Origin: Ophelia neglecta
Lineage: Eukaryota
Assembly: GCA_965285935.1 (NCBI GenBank)
Contig: OZ260666.1
Coordinates: forward strand, 66,836,001 to 66,900,000
Length of the DNA: 64,000 nucleotides
Direction of reading: 5' to 3'
Below, piece by piece: positions 13,177 to 26,646 of this stretch (positions are counted from its first letter, which is position 1; every line of letters begins with the position of its first letter). The translations under genes were made by a program, and so were the position numbers. The notes under the pieces are model-generated. The model searched no databases and was not told where the DNA came from. It saw nothing but the letters and a program-made list of their open reading frames with translations.

Positions 13177-16100
13177 TCTCAGAGAAACATGTTTTCAAGT
13201 TGATACCACTTTTTGCCATTACAACTAAATACTAGAAACTTATTGAAGTTTTATTGTATAAAGGCAGGTCATCATTATCCTCTATAATATAGTTCGATAT
13301 ATGCCACACATTTGCCTGTATTTTGCCTTCTTTCCATTTACAGCAGATATTGGCAAGCCGTCCTAGAAAGCCTGCTTTATGAGTGCGTGGCAAGCAATAA
13401 AATAGCTCAGTTGAGCCTCGCTAATTTAATAATATGTTTTATTGCTTACGGAGCTGTGAAGTGATGCCTAATTCATAATGAATATGGTCTCCTACACCAA
13501 TGCGCGAGCTCATAAAGGAAAAAGATGTTTTCTTATAAAAAGCTACCAAATGAGAAGTACACCACTGAGTACTGTTTTAATATCGAATTTGCATGCAAAG
13601 ACACACATTGCCATAACGTGTTTTCTTTAGCACTATGAAGAAAACGTCAAGAAAACGCTTATACGGTTTCATTTGATTAAGCCTACATATAGTTAACAAA
13701 TTGATTCTGGTCGATTCTTTCGAGGAAATGAGGCGGGAGGGACTTACATTTGTTTGTTGGTCCCAAAACAGGCGATTCTCAGGCAATTATGTAAACAGGA
13801 GTGACGAGGGCGTTTATTTTTTCATATGGATCATGAGGTGAGGGCAGACGGTCTACTTTTGGTGTGTGTGTGTGGGGGTGGGGACACGTGTGTTTTTGTA
13901 GTGAAAGTGGGAGGATTTTTTCACATAAAATATATTGTGAGGGCGGAAGGTGTTTAGAGCCACAGGAATGCATGGAAATGAAATATTCATTTAAAAATAA
14001 GTGTGAATTAGTACTAATATCTTCAATTAATGTTACCATTTCTACTTAAAGGAATTCATGTCTCTCATGAAAACTCTTTATTTGTCGGTTACTGCGGGAA
14101 GCAGGTGATTTTTTTTTACTAGTTTAACATGGCTAGTAATCGCTATGATTCCCTTCGCAGAATACGTATTGTTCATGTTTCACGAGACTTCCCTCAGTAA
14201 TGTGCCAATAGATATAGAATCTTTAAAACTAGTTGTTCATAGAAGACAAAGATCTTTTTATTACAGCATTCCAAACCCACTTCTTCTTTCGTTTTTCCCT
14301 TGTTTATTTAAACAGACTAGTGACTTTTCCTTAATGGGATATGTTATCAGATCGAAGGACGATTTTGCTCAAGAATGGCACATTTGGCATTTACAATGCA
14401 CATTTTATGGTTCCCCTTATATAGCACACCGGCAAGGTATTTTTGACTTTTAAATTAATTCTTTTCATTCGAAAAAAGAGCATTGGTACTTCATAAACAT
14501 GTCTGCTTTAGTCTCCCATTCTTTAGCTTTTCATATGTAAATTTGGCCGATGTGCAACATAGCTATAAGCGAAAAAAAAACACCGTTTTTGTGATTTGCT
14601 GAATCTTAAAGAATATCGCAAGACATTTAAAAATAATAATAGTGAATAAGTTTCTGGAGAGCGGGTTGATTGACTTCTGAGTGACACAAAAACCACTTCA
14701 GTTTTATACATTAATAGAAAACCGGAATCTGTCCTTCCGTTTTTTATATAAACCAACCACTCAATGATTAGGTACGTATACACGTCGGTTGTAGAATAAT
14801 GGGAGTGTCCTGGTTGGAACGTCCATCCGGTCTCCAGTCATTGACGCCACCCTAACCCGGGATTCCCATGGTCTTCAAACAAAAGTAGCTTAGATCCTCT
14901 GGCCTGGAAATCCTAGTATAAAAGGGCTCGGACTCGAAATCATGGTTTATTACTCAAGCCATTTGAACAACGTTGTTAATTTCGTCCCTGGAGGCTTATT
15001 GCCATAGGGTTTGGTGTCCAGGGGACCCTTCTGCCAGAGGACCCAATATTCATAAACACCGGCTCACATTGCACTTGTCCATCGACGTGACAACGCCACT
15101 CAGCGAGGCTTTTATCGCAGTAAACCGTGCCTCAGCCATGTCACCTCTGGCTCATATGATTTGACATCTAAGCACTTGAGGTGAAAGTCTAACGTAGTTA
15201 TATTGCATTGACATTGATGACACAAGATGAAATCATGTCGCCTTTGGGAAAATCAGCTCAATCGACTAATATCTGGCCTGCGAGCAAATCCAAAAATTGG
15301 GGTAGTAATCGTCCTCCCCTGTACACTGAAAGTCCCTGATAGATTATTTATCACAATTAAGTCGAATCTAGCTTGAGTTATATAGAAGAAAAAGATATGA
15401 TAAATTACAAAAAAGTAAGTAATTGGCATTGTTACCCGGTGAAACCTTTGCCAGTTAGATAAGCTAGCACTCAGCAAGGCAACTTTTCTCTTTTCCTTGA
15501 AATTCAAAGCATGTTTGTTATGAAAATGTATCTATCGTCATAATTTAAGTTATACCAGTTTACCATGTTTTCACAATGAAAGTTTAGTCCATCACTGGAA
15601 CTTAAATCTATTCATTTCCCTTCGACTTTATCTCGAGATTACTCATTACGTCATTAATTGCATTCCCGCCTTGTTTTTGTGGTTTATGGGTATCAGGCAG
15701 CATCTTAATAGACTCTTACAAGTTAAAGCGCACAAGAAGTGTCGTTTTAACGGAAAATGCGCCATGAACTACATTGGGTTGATACATCAGGCAAAACTTA
15801 TATACCCAAGGGGGAAGTTAAAATCTATGTCAAGCGAGATCACTTAAAACTGATACCTTAAGGACATTTGGAAAATGACATTTTTGGAATGTTTGTTTTG
15901 GCCACAATATACTTTGCTGAAAGGCAACATTGCCATTTCATTTCGTTAAGACTATGAGATGGCATTAGCAACAATCTTATAATCATTTAGGTTGCTTTGG
16001 CATCTTTTCCATATCCTCATGGCACTGATATAAGAACTCTTACATCTGCAAGAATCAGTCTGTAAGGGCAGACGGTCACAATAATAAAGATGTTGTGTCA

Positions 16101-17354
16101 ACTTTCAGCTCGTGATGTGTCAAGCTTAGATAAGTGCATTGGTGGTGAACATCCTTATTAAGCTTCTTTCAATCGGTAATATTGTTGAGCATTAATGCAA
16201 CCGCTGGTAAGTGTGTCATAAAGTTGTTCATTGTTTGCATTGTGACTTTCAATTTCCTACATTGTTGGTGTACAAATGTTACCTCCCATGAAGATGGTCA
16301 TTTCCTTAACAGAAATGTCTTCATCATTCGCCTGATATTGGCTACCTCCCAAGGTGCCTTGCTTGCCTATGGGTGCTGCATTTAATAAAAATAAATCAGA
16401 CATGTCTCGTTAATTCAATAACATGATTTATAGCTTTGCGTGTGCTAAAGTAATTTCTCATTCATTATATTATTGTGTATTACCAATTAGTGTAAATCTC
16501 ATAAAGCGATGTGTAGTTTACATTTAACAAAGACATTTCTTAATGAGCGTATGGGGCTTTCTCCTGGATTTGCAGACTAGTACTCTTCGACGATTGGTCC
16601 ACACGCATGATGTTTGCTCAGATTGAAAATTAGTTCAGTTGGGGAACATAAACTAGTTTGGGCAAGCCATTGGCTTTAATTGTCATCTTGATTGCTCCCA
16701 ACTGCCGGGATATCGGCTGTTACAATTTATATGCATAGCTGTATAAAACTACTCGGCGATTTGAAAATTATATTTGCTCGCTGATTCACCCTTTGGAATG
16801 CACAAAAACATATATTGCAGATGTCGTTTAATTTTCCATTGAACATAACCAATGCTCGTTTCAACATTATGCGTGTTTCCTGTATGGTTCTGGTTTGTAA
16901 TGGCTGCAAATTTTCCTTTTATTGTAAACTTATATTCCCTGTTTTGCACATAAACAAATGAGCAGGGAGCGATAGGTTAAAAGAACCTCACGACTCAGCC
17001 GTTAAGCCATTTCGTGGGTAACGCCATCTCCTGACCAATGTTTTGGGAGCTAATTATCACTCACATTCGCCTATCAACTATTCACACGTCCATTTTCACG
17101 ATTATGCATTTACACTTTCCAGATGTATCTAGATGAAAAATGTAAATGCTCCATAAATGAAAAGCTTCCGATAAAAATTGAACCGAACACAGAATGAGAG
17201 AAGTTCAGAAAAAATATTAAGAACTTATATCTTTTAGCCTTGTATTCCAAAAGAAAGCTAGTCATTTTAAAAAACACAAATTTGTACGTGTGTGATAGGA
17301 AGACCATTTACCGATTATTTGGTAGAGAAGGAGATGACTCATGTATATATGTGA
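13177..17354 (+). repeat. Tandem segmental duplication, copy 2 (4,178 bp)
   Basis: Matches copy 1 except for the substitutions I could spot: T9674/C13856 and T11049/A15231. Separated from copy 1 by TGTT (13173-13176). Confidence 0.98.
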
Positions 17355-19384
17355 AGGAGAAACACACAATGATGAAATGGTGGAGGCGGAAGTGACTTTT
17401 GAAAGGTAAACACTATTAAATCACTTAAAGTTGACATGCATTGTTTCCTTTACACGTGCAAAAAGTCAGATATCATCAACCTACAAACTTCGTTTGCAGT
17501 TTGAATTACAATCGCATGTTGCCACAAATAAAAATCCTTTTTTTGCTTTAGCCTGCTTTTTCTTTTTCGTTGGTTTTTAGTATGTTTATATCTCGCTGAA
17601 AAAAGTTTGGCTCAAACTGGGAGAGATAAATTTATATCATTCGAAGCACGTTATTACACTGCACATCGAGTGCTGGAATACTTAAACGAGAGAATGTAAA
17701 GGGTGTTCACTTCTGCGGCCATGCGTCAATCTCATATTCATCATGCCGGTAACGGTAACAGGTGGCACCAGTATATGTTTTGCTTCAGTTAGCCAACTTG
17801 TAAGCATCAGCAGAACTACCCGATACCCTGTTGTGTTCGTCAGGACTAGCCTGTGCTGTGCTGTGATGATATATCTTGGCAGAAAATAAACAAAGTGTAC
17901 GTGAATCGGCGTCCTCCAATGCAGAGCGCTAGAGGTTCCAATTATGTTATGTTTGAAATGGATAGAACTTCTCCCGTAGTAAATCGGAAACAATTTATGT
18001 CATAACTTTGTCATTCATGCGAATTTTTCAAATTCGTCGAAAAAGACAACATGAAGTTATAAGTCATCTGCTATAAACTATCAGCTCTTATGTATGTTTG
18101 GATGTTTCTAAATTACAGAAAATTATAAAACGAAAGAAAGACGATTTGACAATGATTTCTGCCGCTTATGAGTAGAAAAAAATCCAAAGATCATCCTATA
18201 AGCACAAATTGGGGAATAAACTTTTCTTGAGTAGACAACAAGAGAGCCTCCCCCTCTGTTAACAGCATACGCCATATTGATAGTGCATCCTTGTAGCAAG
18301 GAAACATATTTTATTTTGTGTCCCAATTTTCCACACTACCCAATTTGTTTATTTTTTTATATTCATAATATAGTTGGCACCATTGCAGGCACTGAGACTA
18401 TCGACCGAAGATAAAGTGACATGTATCTTATCAGCAACGCTCATCCTGTATTAAGATGAACGACGATGTATTACAATCGGCTTAATTTTGTTTTTCAATT
18501 AATACTTTATTTGAGAAACATTGTTTGCAAACAAAGCCACGCTATACATAATATGGACCTAGAATAATATCAGCGATGATCCTAACCTAACATGGAGTTC
18601 AATAAATCAATTGGGTGTTATTTTCCGTACTCAGTAATCTATAATATATGTATATATATTGCAAACTAAAAGCCCCCCCCCCCCACCCTGTAATCACAGT
18701 ATAAGCCCTCCCCCTCTCGCCTCCCCCAAGCCTACCCCTCGGCATCTCGCCCCAACTTTCTCATTATACACTGCAGATTGGCCTGATGTTGTAATTCTGT
18801 GTTAATACGATGTCTAATTCGGTGATGTTGAAACGGTATCCCGACATGCTTTTGGCGATCGTTCATCCAGGCCACCCCAGGGTACACTATGGAACGCATT
18901 GTGAATGAAGGTGAAATTGTGCTGGAATCAGGGGCTATTGACACTGCTGACACAAATTGAAATGAGGCCTTGAGGCAAATCGCCTTAATCGGACATAATC
19001 TGGCTTCGACGGGCAGGAGGAGATTAGGTTTTTTGTCAAGACTGCTGAAAATTCCGGAGAGGCATTGCTGTGGAAATGAATCAATCCCGGAGGAAAAAAC
19101 TTAAACTCATTACAATGTCAGTTTTTTTCGGTCTCCTTGCGTTGGGCAATAAAAAAAACGAACATCTGATCACTACATTACACCATCTTGTAGGTTTCTG
19201 TCCTCATGAAGTTGAAACAGTCTTCAACACATAATGTTTTCATTGATAAAATAATAATTAAAAAATATTTGACCAGCATTTAAGAAGGCAGATTGGAACT
19301 TACTGACACCTTCAGAGAGACAAATTGTTAAAATTCTTCCGGCTTCTTTCCTTTGTTTAACCGAAAGAGTATGAAGGTTATTCC

Positions 19385-19540
19385 TCGCCGGGTTTCTGGA
19401 AGCTGTCTTTGTTGGACGTTTTGTGATTAATTTAAATTAGCCTATTACCGATTAGCTGAGACCAGTGTAAACATTGGTTCCATAAGGATTTAGTTTAAGA
19501 CCAAATTGTTAGTTTTACACTTAATATATTCCGAGAAATA
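19385..19540 (+). mobile_element. MITE-like dispersed repeat, copy A
   Basis: Starts GGGTTTCTGGAAGCT. Internal CTATTACCGATTAGCTGAGAC and AAGACCAAATTGT match the reverse complement of the 26647-26795 copy. Confidence 0.55.
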
Positions 19541-22500
19541 ATAAGATTCGCAGGTTCTTTTTTTATTAGTAATGAATTTCCCTTGATATTCTGGTGTAGT
19601 TTGACTACAACTCAGTCCTCCGATTTCAGATCAGATGGTTCAGTCCCTCCTGGGGTTTCTATCTTTTGGTGCGCATATTGATTGCCCCCTTCGTATCTTG
19701 TAAACCTGATCTCACTTTTAAGCAATGTCTGTCGCACTGATCAGAATTACTTCAGGTTTCGCAAACCCTGTTGGACTACAGAGCAATGTCAGTTGTGCTA
19801 TCCTTATCAGGCGTTGCCATCAATACAACATTTTGACAAGTCTTCATCGGTCAGCATGTGCTGTGCATTGACCCTCGGCTTTAATACACAACGACGCCAT
19901 TGCTGAAAGGAGGCTTTAACAGGCCAAGTGGACGGGCAAACACGTTTATTCTTTCATGTTCAGGGAATAACCAGGCATAATTAGTTGGTTCATCTAATAA
20001 ATTGATTCAACAGAACACACAATTAAAGTGGTCCAGTAAGTGTAGAGGCTCCTCAATGCTTCAATGTATGTTACTCCTTTAGATTCACGAGAGTGGAAGC
20101 TTGCCAAACACAAACTAAGACACATATAAAGCATTACATTTGCGACCTTGAATTGCAGGCCATCAGCACATAAATACCAGTTTCCCATCCACAAAGTTCA
20201 TAACCGAATTAGAGATGATCACAATGTAAAGGTGTGATTACGATTTTTTGGAAGGAGGGGGGATTCTACTTATGTATGTTTTTTCAACGTTTTGTATTTT
20301 CCATAGCGTTATGAAAATATCAGCCTTTCAGCTAAACATATTGTCATTTTATCAATTCGTCAACACCTTTCATAACAATGGAAATGAACAAAGACTTTTG
20401 TATATGCCAATGGCAGGAAAAATATGATTGGCTTAGGGACAAGTTTGAGAATGATACCAATTTCATCTTTATGTCGCCGGGATATTATTCATTACATGGA
20501 GCATTTTTTGGCCGTCTTATGCTCGTCAATATCCAATGATTGGCTGCAGTAAAGAGTACCCGACACTTGACCTAAATATTTTCGAATAGAACATTTCAAG
20601 TGCTTATGTCGTTTCCTGCAAAGCCTCGGCTACAGTTGCTAAAGTGGAGGTAGTTAAGGACCAGGACTTTATGCTACAGCAAAACATGTCCCTAATTACC
20701 ATCAGTAGCTTCATGCCGGCTGACCCAAGCTCACATGGAAATTTCATATAAGGTAGTCACTCTCTCGGGTCTATATACATTGGAAGGTACATCTCTGGTA
20801 TGCACAACTTCCTGTCTGTGGTGTTGATGTGTACTTTTAACTTGTCATTGGTTCGCACACAAGGTATATTTGTTGATTTTTCGGCAGGCAAGCCTGTCTT
20901 CATTTGGACTTGTTTTGTGTTTTGGTTTAATTTAAAAATTTCATTAATAACATTTGTTGTAAACCAATTTCTTTTACTCGCCTCAATGAATTCGGGACTC
21001 ATTTACTTTTTGTCGATATAAATTTCATGGGAAATATTCATTTTCTTCTAATTAATTATTTTATACTTGCTTTGAAACTTTCTTAACATTTATATCGCAT
21101 TTTGAACAATAAGTTTATATTTATTGTATCGATAACTTTTATTTCATACTTCTGATATATCAAATAGGATTTTAAACACCGTTACTCTCATTTCTGGTAA
21201 CTACACAAAAATGACTCCAAAGTTTACTATAGATTCATTTTGCCTTTTATCTGAAATCCTTCCACAATGTTCGTTATTCTTGATTAAGTTGGCCCATGAT
21301 AAATGACTGGCCACTGATATGAGCCATCTCAGACAATTAATGGATTGTGATTCCAAGTCTATTCATCAGTCATTTTTGTCTTATTTCAATCGCAAAGAGA
21401 CTTAAAACGATTAATTATTATTAAGTTCTTGTTCGAAATTTATTCCTTCATTATTTGTAAATAAGAAAACGAAGCTGTTGCCATTTTTTGAAAACGAATT
21501 TTTGTTCGGCGTATAATGTGACGGAAATGTATATTGATGACTGAAACCAGACTTTGGCATCACACGTATTCAGCCACAATAAAGCGTGACAGGTTCAGAT
21601 TACCTTGTTCACATTATAAATGGGAAATATTCATCTTCTTGCTCATTGTAGCTTTGCAGTTATTTGTCTGGTGCACCTCAATACATCATGTTTATCGTAT
21701 TTTTCTCCGAGGAGGAAAATCGCAATACTTATATTTCACTACACATTTTCTACTTATTAAAGAATAGTTTCGGAGGAAAATAGCCCAGCGGGTATTTATT
21801 TTCACGAAAATAGTCGGCAAGGCGAAAGTGAAATGATTATATATATTTATATACACTTTATGCATGAGTCCTAATTTACCATATCTGTATCTGTACTTAT
21901 CATTCCATTTCACAAACCTTTCATCCATTGGCATTACCTGACAAAGTAGTTTATTCTTTTAAAGCACTGTGTACATTGTTTATGTAAGTAGCAAACGACT
22001 CATTTAAGCCTCTGACAGCAATATCTGCCTATGTATTTCCCAATATGAAAACAGAGGATATATTTACCATTAGCTAACCAGAAGTGTGATATATTTGATT
22101 ATCAAAGACTCCTATGGAGCAATATGTCAAAACTTATGCTAACGTTTCCAGGTTATAGAAGCACGCAATGATTACATGCGCTTTTGCCAAATGCGTATAT
22201 CATGCTTCTGTAAAAGTAGAATCAAGTGTCATAAGGTCAACAGGGCTGTAAATCTAATGCAGTGGCTGAAATACAGTAATGATCTGGAAACAAAAGGATA
22301 ATAAAAGCTAAATAAATTACATCCTAAATGTGGTGAATTTTTCCCTTTATGGTAATTGCATGTTCCTTTGATGTGGAGTTCATGATGTTTAGAGTAAAAA
22401 GTGTTGCGCCAAAATTGTGCTTGGCCACAATTTATCTTACTGGGAGCTAAGCATATGATTTAAGGGACTGGTGGTCATGGAATTTGAATAGAGGGGAAGG

Positions 22501-22977
22501 CACTCCTAAGTCTGCTGAGATATCTGAACCTGTATTCTATTGATATTATTCCTGTAATCTTTATAAGCACTACGAATTCAAAATTATTGGTGTATTAGAA
22601 TGTTAATAGAAATAGTTCATTTAACAATACCATATTGAACTGTATCTTAATTATTTGTGCGTCTTGTAACAAAATCATTTTTACAGGCTATACTATATGT
22701 TTAAGCGTGCATGTCTGAAAAAAAGCAGTTAAAGCAATACTGTATCTGCAGTAATTCGTGTTAGCCCATGCCCTTCGTTGCTTATATATGTTCTGTGTAA
22801 AGCCGACTTGGGGATTTGAGAGTGGCCATAAAGCTTATAATGAAGCACCATTTCAAGTCAATTTCCAAAATTTTTACTGGAAAATTGTTTTTGCACTTAA
22901 ACATTTTGATGAGGCAATTTCCTATTTTGCTGACACGTTGCTAAGGGCCTTATTGGAGATTGCCCTTTAAGCCTTGA

Positions 22978-23500
22978 AGGGGTTTTCACACATAGCCGCT
23001 TCATGCTCCCGGTACTTCCCAGTACGTTAATTTTGGTGTTTTACCGGGGTCTTCCGGGAGTATCCGTAGGATGTTGTGGGGCCTTCCGTGCCTGTCGGAG
23101 TGATACAGCCACTATCCGCCACCAGCCCTGGAATGTTTTAAAACGCTTAGTATTTCCGCGGAGTTGACCAAAATATAAGTTTCTACCGTTGATCAACTGT
23201 CGCTGCGGTAGATCAAACGTATAGGTCTGCCGTTTGGCTGCCGGGGGCCAAGCGAGGCATTCCGGCGCATCCGTGGGGCCAAATAGCTATGGTTAATTCA
23301 CGGTTGCTACGAACCGCTTTACGGGTACTCCCTGAAGACCCATGTAAACCCTAATTAACGTACCGGGCAGTACCGAGAGCATAATCCGGCCATGTGAGAA
23401 CGCCCCATCCTCAGAATTAACGTCGCTACGGTCCGTTGAACGGGCCGGAACGGCTAGCGGGGCCTTGCTACGGTCGAACTTGCACTGTGTGAACACCCCC
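22978..23500. mobile_element. PIF/Harbinger-like MITE (GC-rich, non-autonomous)
   Basis: TIRs AGGGGTTTTCACAC / GTGTGAACACCCCC, flanked by TGA/TTA (TWA-like 3-bp TSD with one mismatch). About 90-bp imperfect inverted arms at 22979-23068 and 23318-23406. GC-rich island against an AT-rich background. Confidence 0.7.
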
Positions 23501-24349
23501 TTACTCTATATTTGAATGCGATAAATATTTAGAATTTGATAGGATTCGGGTTGGCTGTATTTCTTGGGCAACAATTCCGTTTTAACGATTTATTTTGTCC
23601 GGCCGAGAAATATAGATTACTGCTCTCTGTGGAATCCTATCTATGTAGTAAACAGGGTGCAAAATCCTTTCCGGACACTTATTATGTTTGGTTGAATGCT
23701 TTTATATTTTAGGATGTAACAAGTAACCTGCCTAGCTCTCGCTGTGTTTAGACTTAACAATTCGAAATAGAATTAATAGATAAGCGCTTGAAGAAAAGTT
23801 ATCAAAAAGGCCGCTACAGACAACGCATGCAATGTATATCATTCTTATTATCCTATATGTAATTCCGAAATTAGTTACTTAATCACACCATATCCTCAAT
23901 GTATTTGATCTCTACAAAAAAGACAATGTATGCTTTAACTCGCGTGACTGAAAGTCTTATAAGCTTTATATAAAAGGACGACTGGTGTCGTTTATGAACG
24001 GCGATTAGGTGCAATACACTTTCTGTGTCGTTTAATGTGGTGTTGTAAATTGTAAATGCTTCTAAGTAGACAACTCTTAGCCATTGGAAGGCTCCCCAGG
24101 ATCAAACTGAACGCAACAGTTTAAATAAAAAGTGTGTAGCCATAGAATCTTTTCCATTCCAAAACCTTCATTGAAAATTCCACGAATGAAAGATTAACAT
24201 AAAGTTGATCGATCTACTAAGAATGCCAAGCCGGTCCCAGAACCTAACTTCGTGGCACTACCAAGTGAAGTATGGAATTGTCTGAAATTCCTCCCTGAAC
24301 ACAGTCACTCTGAGTACGGATGCTGAAAATGTTTAATGTTGTCTCCTAT

Positions 24350-24790
24350 GTACGTAAATGGTTTAAAATAGAGAATGTTGTGACCCTGAATGACCTTTGA
24401 ATTGATTTGTGTAGTACTCTGCTTTGGGGCGTTCAATCACAGCTTCGATAACTTTAAGCTGGTAAATTTTCCCTTGTCCACGGCATGTTCTGAGTCGATA
24501 TATCAACGTTCAGTCTTGCTGTCGGTTTTGCATCCTTGATGGAGTCGTCACACCATGGTGATTAATGGTGTATTTTTAGGGTGCGTTTCTATAGTTGTCC
24601 ATGGTGGTTGAGGGTCGAGATCTCGCAACACTTTGTCATATTAGTTTGAAAGTTCTATTGCCGTCGCGGATCGATTTTAGTTCAAATTGGTCTATAAGTT
24701 CTGTGATAGTTGCAGATCGATTTTCACCGGAGGAGTCGCTAATATCTTGCCAAATGGAGTCAACATTTTTCTTGCGATTTACATACATAC
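24350..24790 (-). mobile_element. Degenerate L2/CR1-group LINE ORF2 fragment (EN-RT linker)
   Basis: Frameshifted minus-strand translation PWCDDSIKDAK...ER*YIDSEHAVDKGKF...IEAVIERPKAEYYTNQFKGHSGSQHSLF*T follows the L2-type pattern PWxxxxIxxAK...ERxW...AKxxYYxxxIxxxxGxQKxLF. Confidence 0.55.
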
Positions 24791-26215
24791 ATGAGACATT
24801 ATCCAGGTTTGTTCTGATGTTCTAAAGATACGATTCTTACTAAAATTAAATACCAACTGCATATTTGTAAACAGTTCAAAACTTTCCTGAATATTATCTG
24901 AATATAACATTCTGAAATTTGTATACTTTCCGCAAAATGGTTGACAACGTCCACTTTAAACGGGGTGATACCCCGTAACCACTGCACTTTCCTGAGATAA
25001 AAAACAATAGAGTGGTACAATAACAAAAGAGCACGGATAAACAACATTCAATGCATATATAATTGTACCTTTCCGTTTCTTGTGCAAACATGTTTTCTTC
25101 AGAATGGCATTTAAAGCTTGAGGCATGATCTTTTGAGAAATGCGTCCCTGTGATCAGGACAAAAGTCACATCCTGCTAATAGCTAATAGCTGCCAGGAAA
25201 AGTGAATCTGCAGTGATTATTTTCCTTGGTAAACCGAAATAGTTTCCTATATGTGGAACGAGGGCTCGTGCTGTCGGCAGTACTAAATATTCCCAATGTT
25301 CACTAGGATGACAGGATGCCGGATGCACGAATAATGGGTTGGTGTGAAACCAGCAATATCAAGCTTGAATAACGGGTTTAACATTTTACTTAATTGACAC
25401 CAAAAGAATATATCAGATATTCTAGTCAATAGGGTTATTCTCCTTGCCCAATGCACCGGAAAATGTGGACAGTAGGGGTAGAAGCACAATGATCCATTTT
25501 CTATGAACAGATATTCCAATCACGCTATTAATGACGATTTACGCAATTATACTATCATTAATATAATTCTCACTGCAACACAAGGTATCCTTTCTAGGCA
25601 AATAACATGTCGTCCAATTGTTGCATAAAATTACAATTAATTTTGACCAAGCTTAGTTAAATGAAGGCGTATATCACACACAGGCGCCCGGATTCATGTT
25701 TGGAGTTAATATATTCATGTTAAAGTAACTACGTTGAACCTTTATTCATTTTAAGTACATTTTTAAGCACATTAATTTTTTTTTTAGATAGGCAGCCTAT
25801 CGATCTCGTCTTGACCTTCACCGCAAACATTTTGGCATTTCAGTGATCATCAGGAAGCACCGGAGTACGTGAATATACAAATAGAAAATTATTTGCAGCT
25901 CGTCTTGTATTCGCAATAAGAATATTCACAAATGTCAGCTGCAGAGTTTGTTGCGACGAAGCATAACCTCTGGCATTACAATATTTTTCTTTTTTGTGCA
26001 ACCTGTCTCCTGCGCATAGTCATCAAAATGAAATTAACATTGAATGATCGCCTGTTAGAAGGATTGATTTTGTCTGCTGGGTAGCCACCCCATTATAAAT
26101 GTATTTTCTCAGGCTTCCGCCAAGAAGTAATGTCAATGAAAAAGCGCAATAACCGAAAAGAACTTCTCTGCAGCCAAATTAAGGACCCAAGTTGGTCATT
26201 CTTTTATTATCTTGG

Positions 26216-26409
26216 AGGTGGATAAAACATAAATTTGCTAAGCACCAGCGTTTCCATACACGTAGAATGTAGCTATTAGAAAATCCAGTCTATTGTGAGC
26301 ATGGTCAGTAATAGGTGGATAAAACATAAATTTGCTAAGCACCAGCGTTTCCATACACGTAGAATGTAGCTATTAGAAAATCCAGTCTATTGTGAGCATG
26401 GTCAGTAAT
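26216..26409 (+). repeat. Perfect 97-bp tandem duplication
   Basis: AGGTGGATAAAAC...GGTCAGTAAT at 26216-26312 is repeated exactly at 26313-26409. Confidence 0.97.
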
Positions 26410-26646
26410 GAGGAAGTGGGAAAGATGGCGTGTCAATTGAATTGACCAACAATCTCGAGGCGCCCTGTTCTCTATGCGGTTTAGTAAGGTGAGCATTTCG
26501 TTTGGCTTCTCGGCACTTGCACACTTAGGAATTATATAAACTCCCTTATAAATATTAGCTGATTTGAAGTAACTTCTTCCTTGCTCAGTTTCTGGTAGCG
26601 CTCTTAACAAGGATTAAATCGGTATTTAAGTGTTTAATTAGTCTTA

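Noticed and set aside
8995-17354. Duplicated unit as the LTR pair of a retrotransposon or a tandem transposon array
   Set aside because: No internal domain, TG...CA ends, PBS/PPT, TIRs, TSD or coding remnants that I could detect.
26216-26409. CRISPR-like or satellite array
   Set aside because: Only two adjacent copies, no spacers, eukaryotic context.
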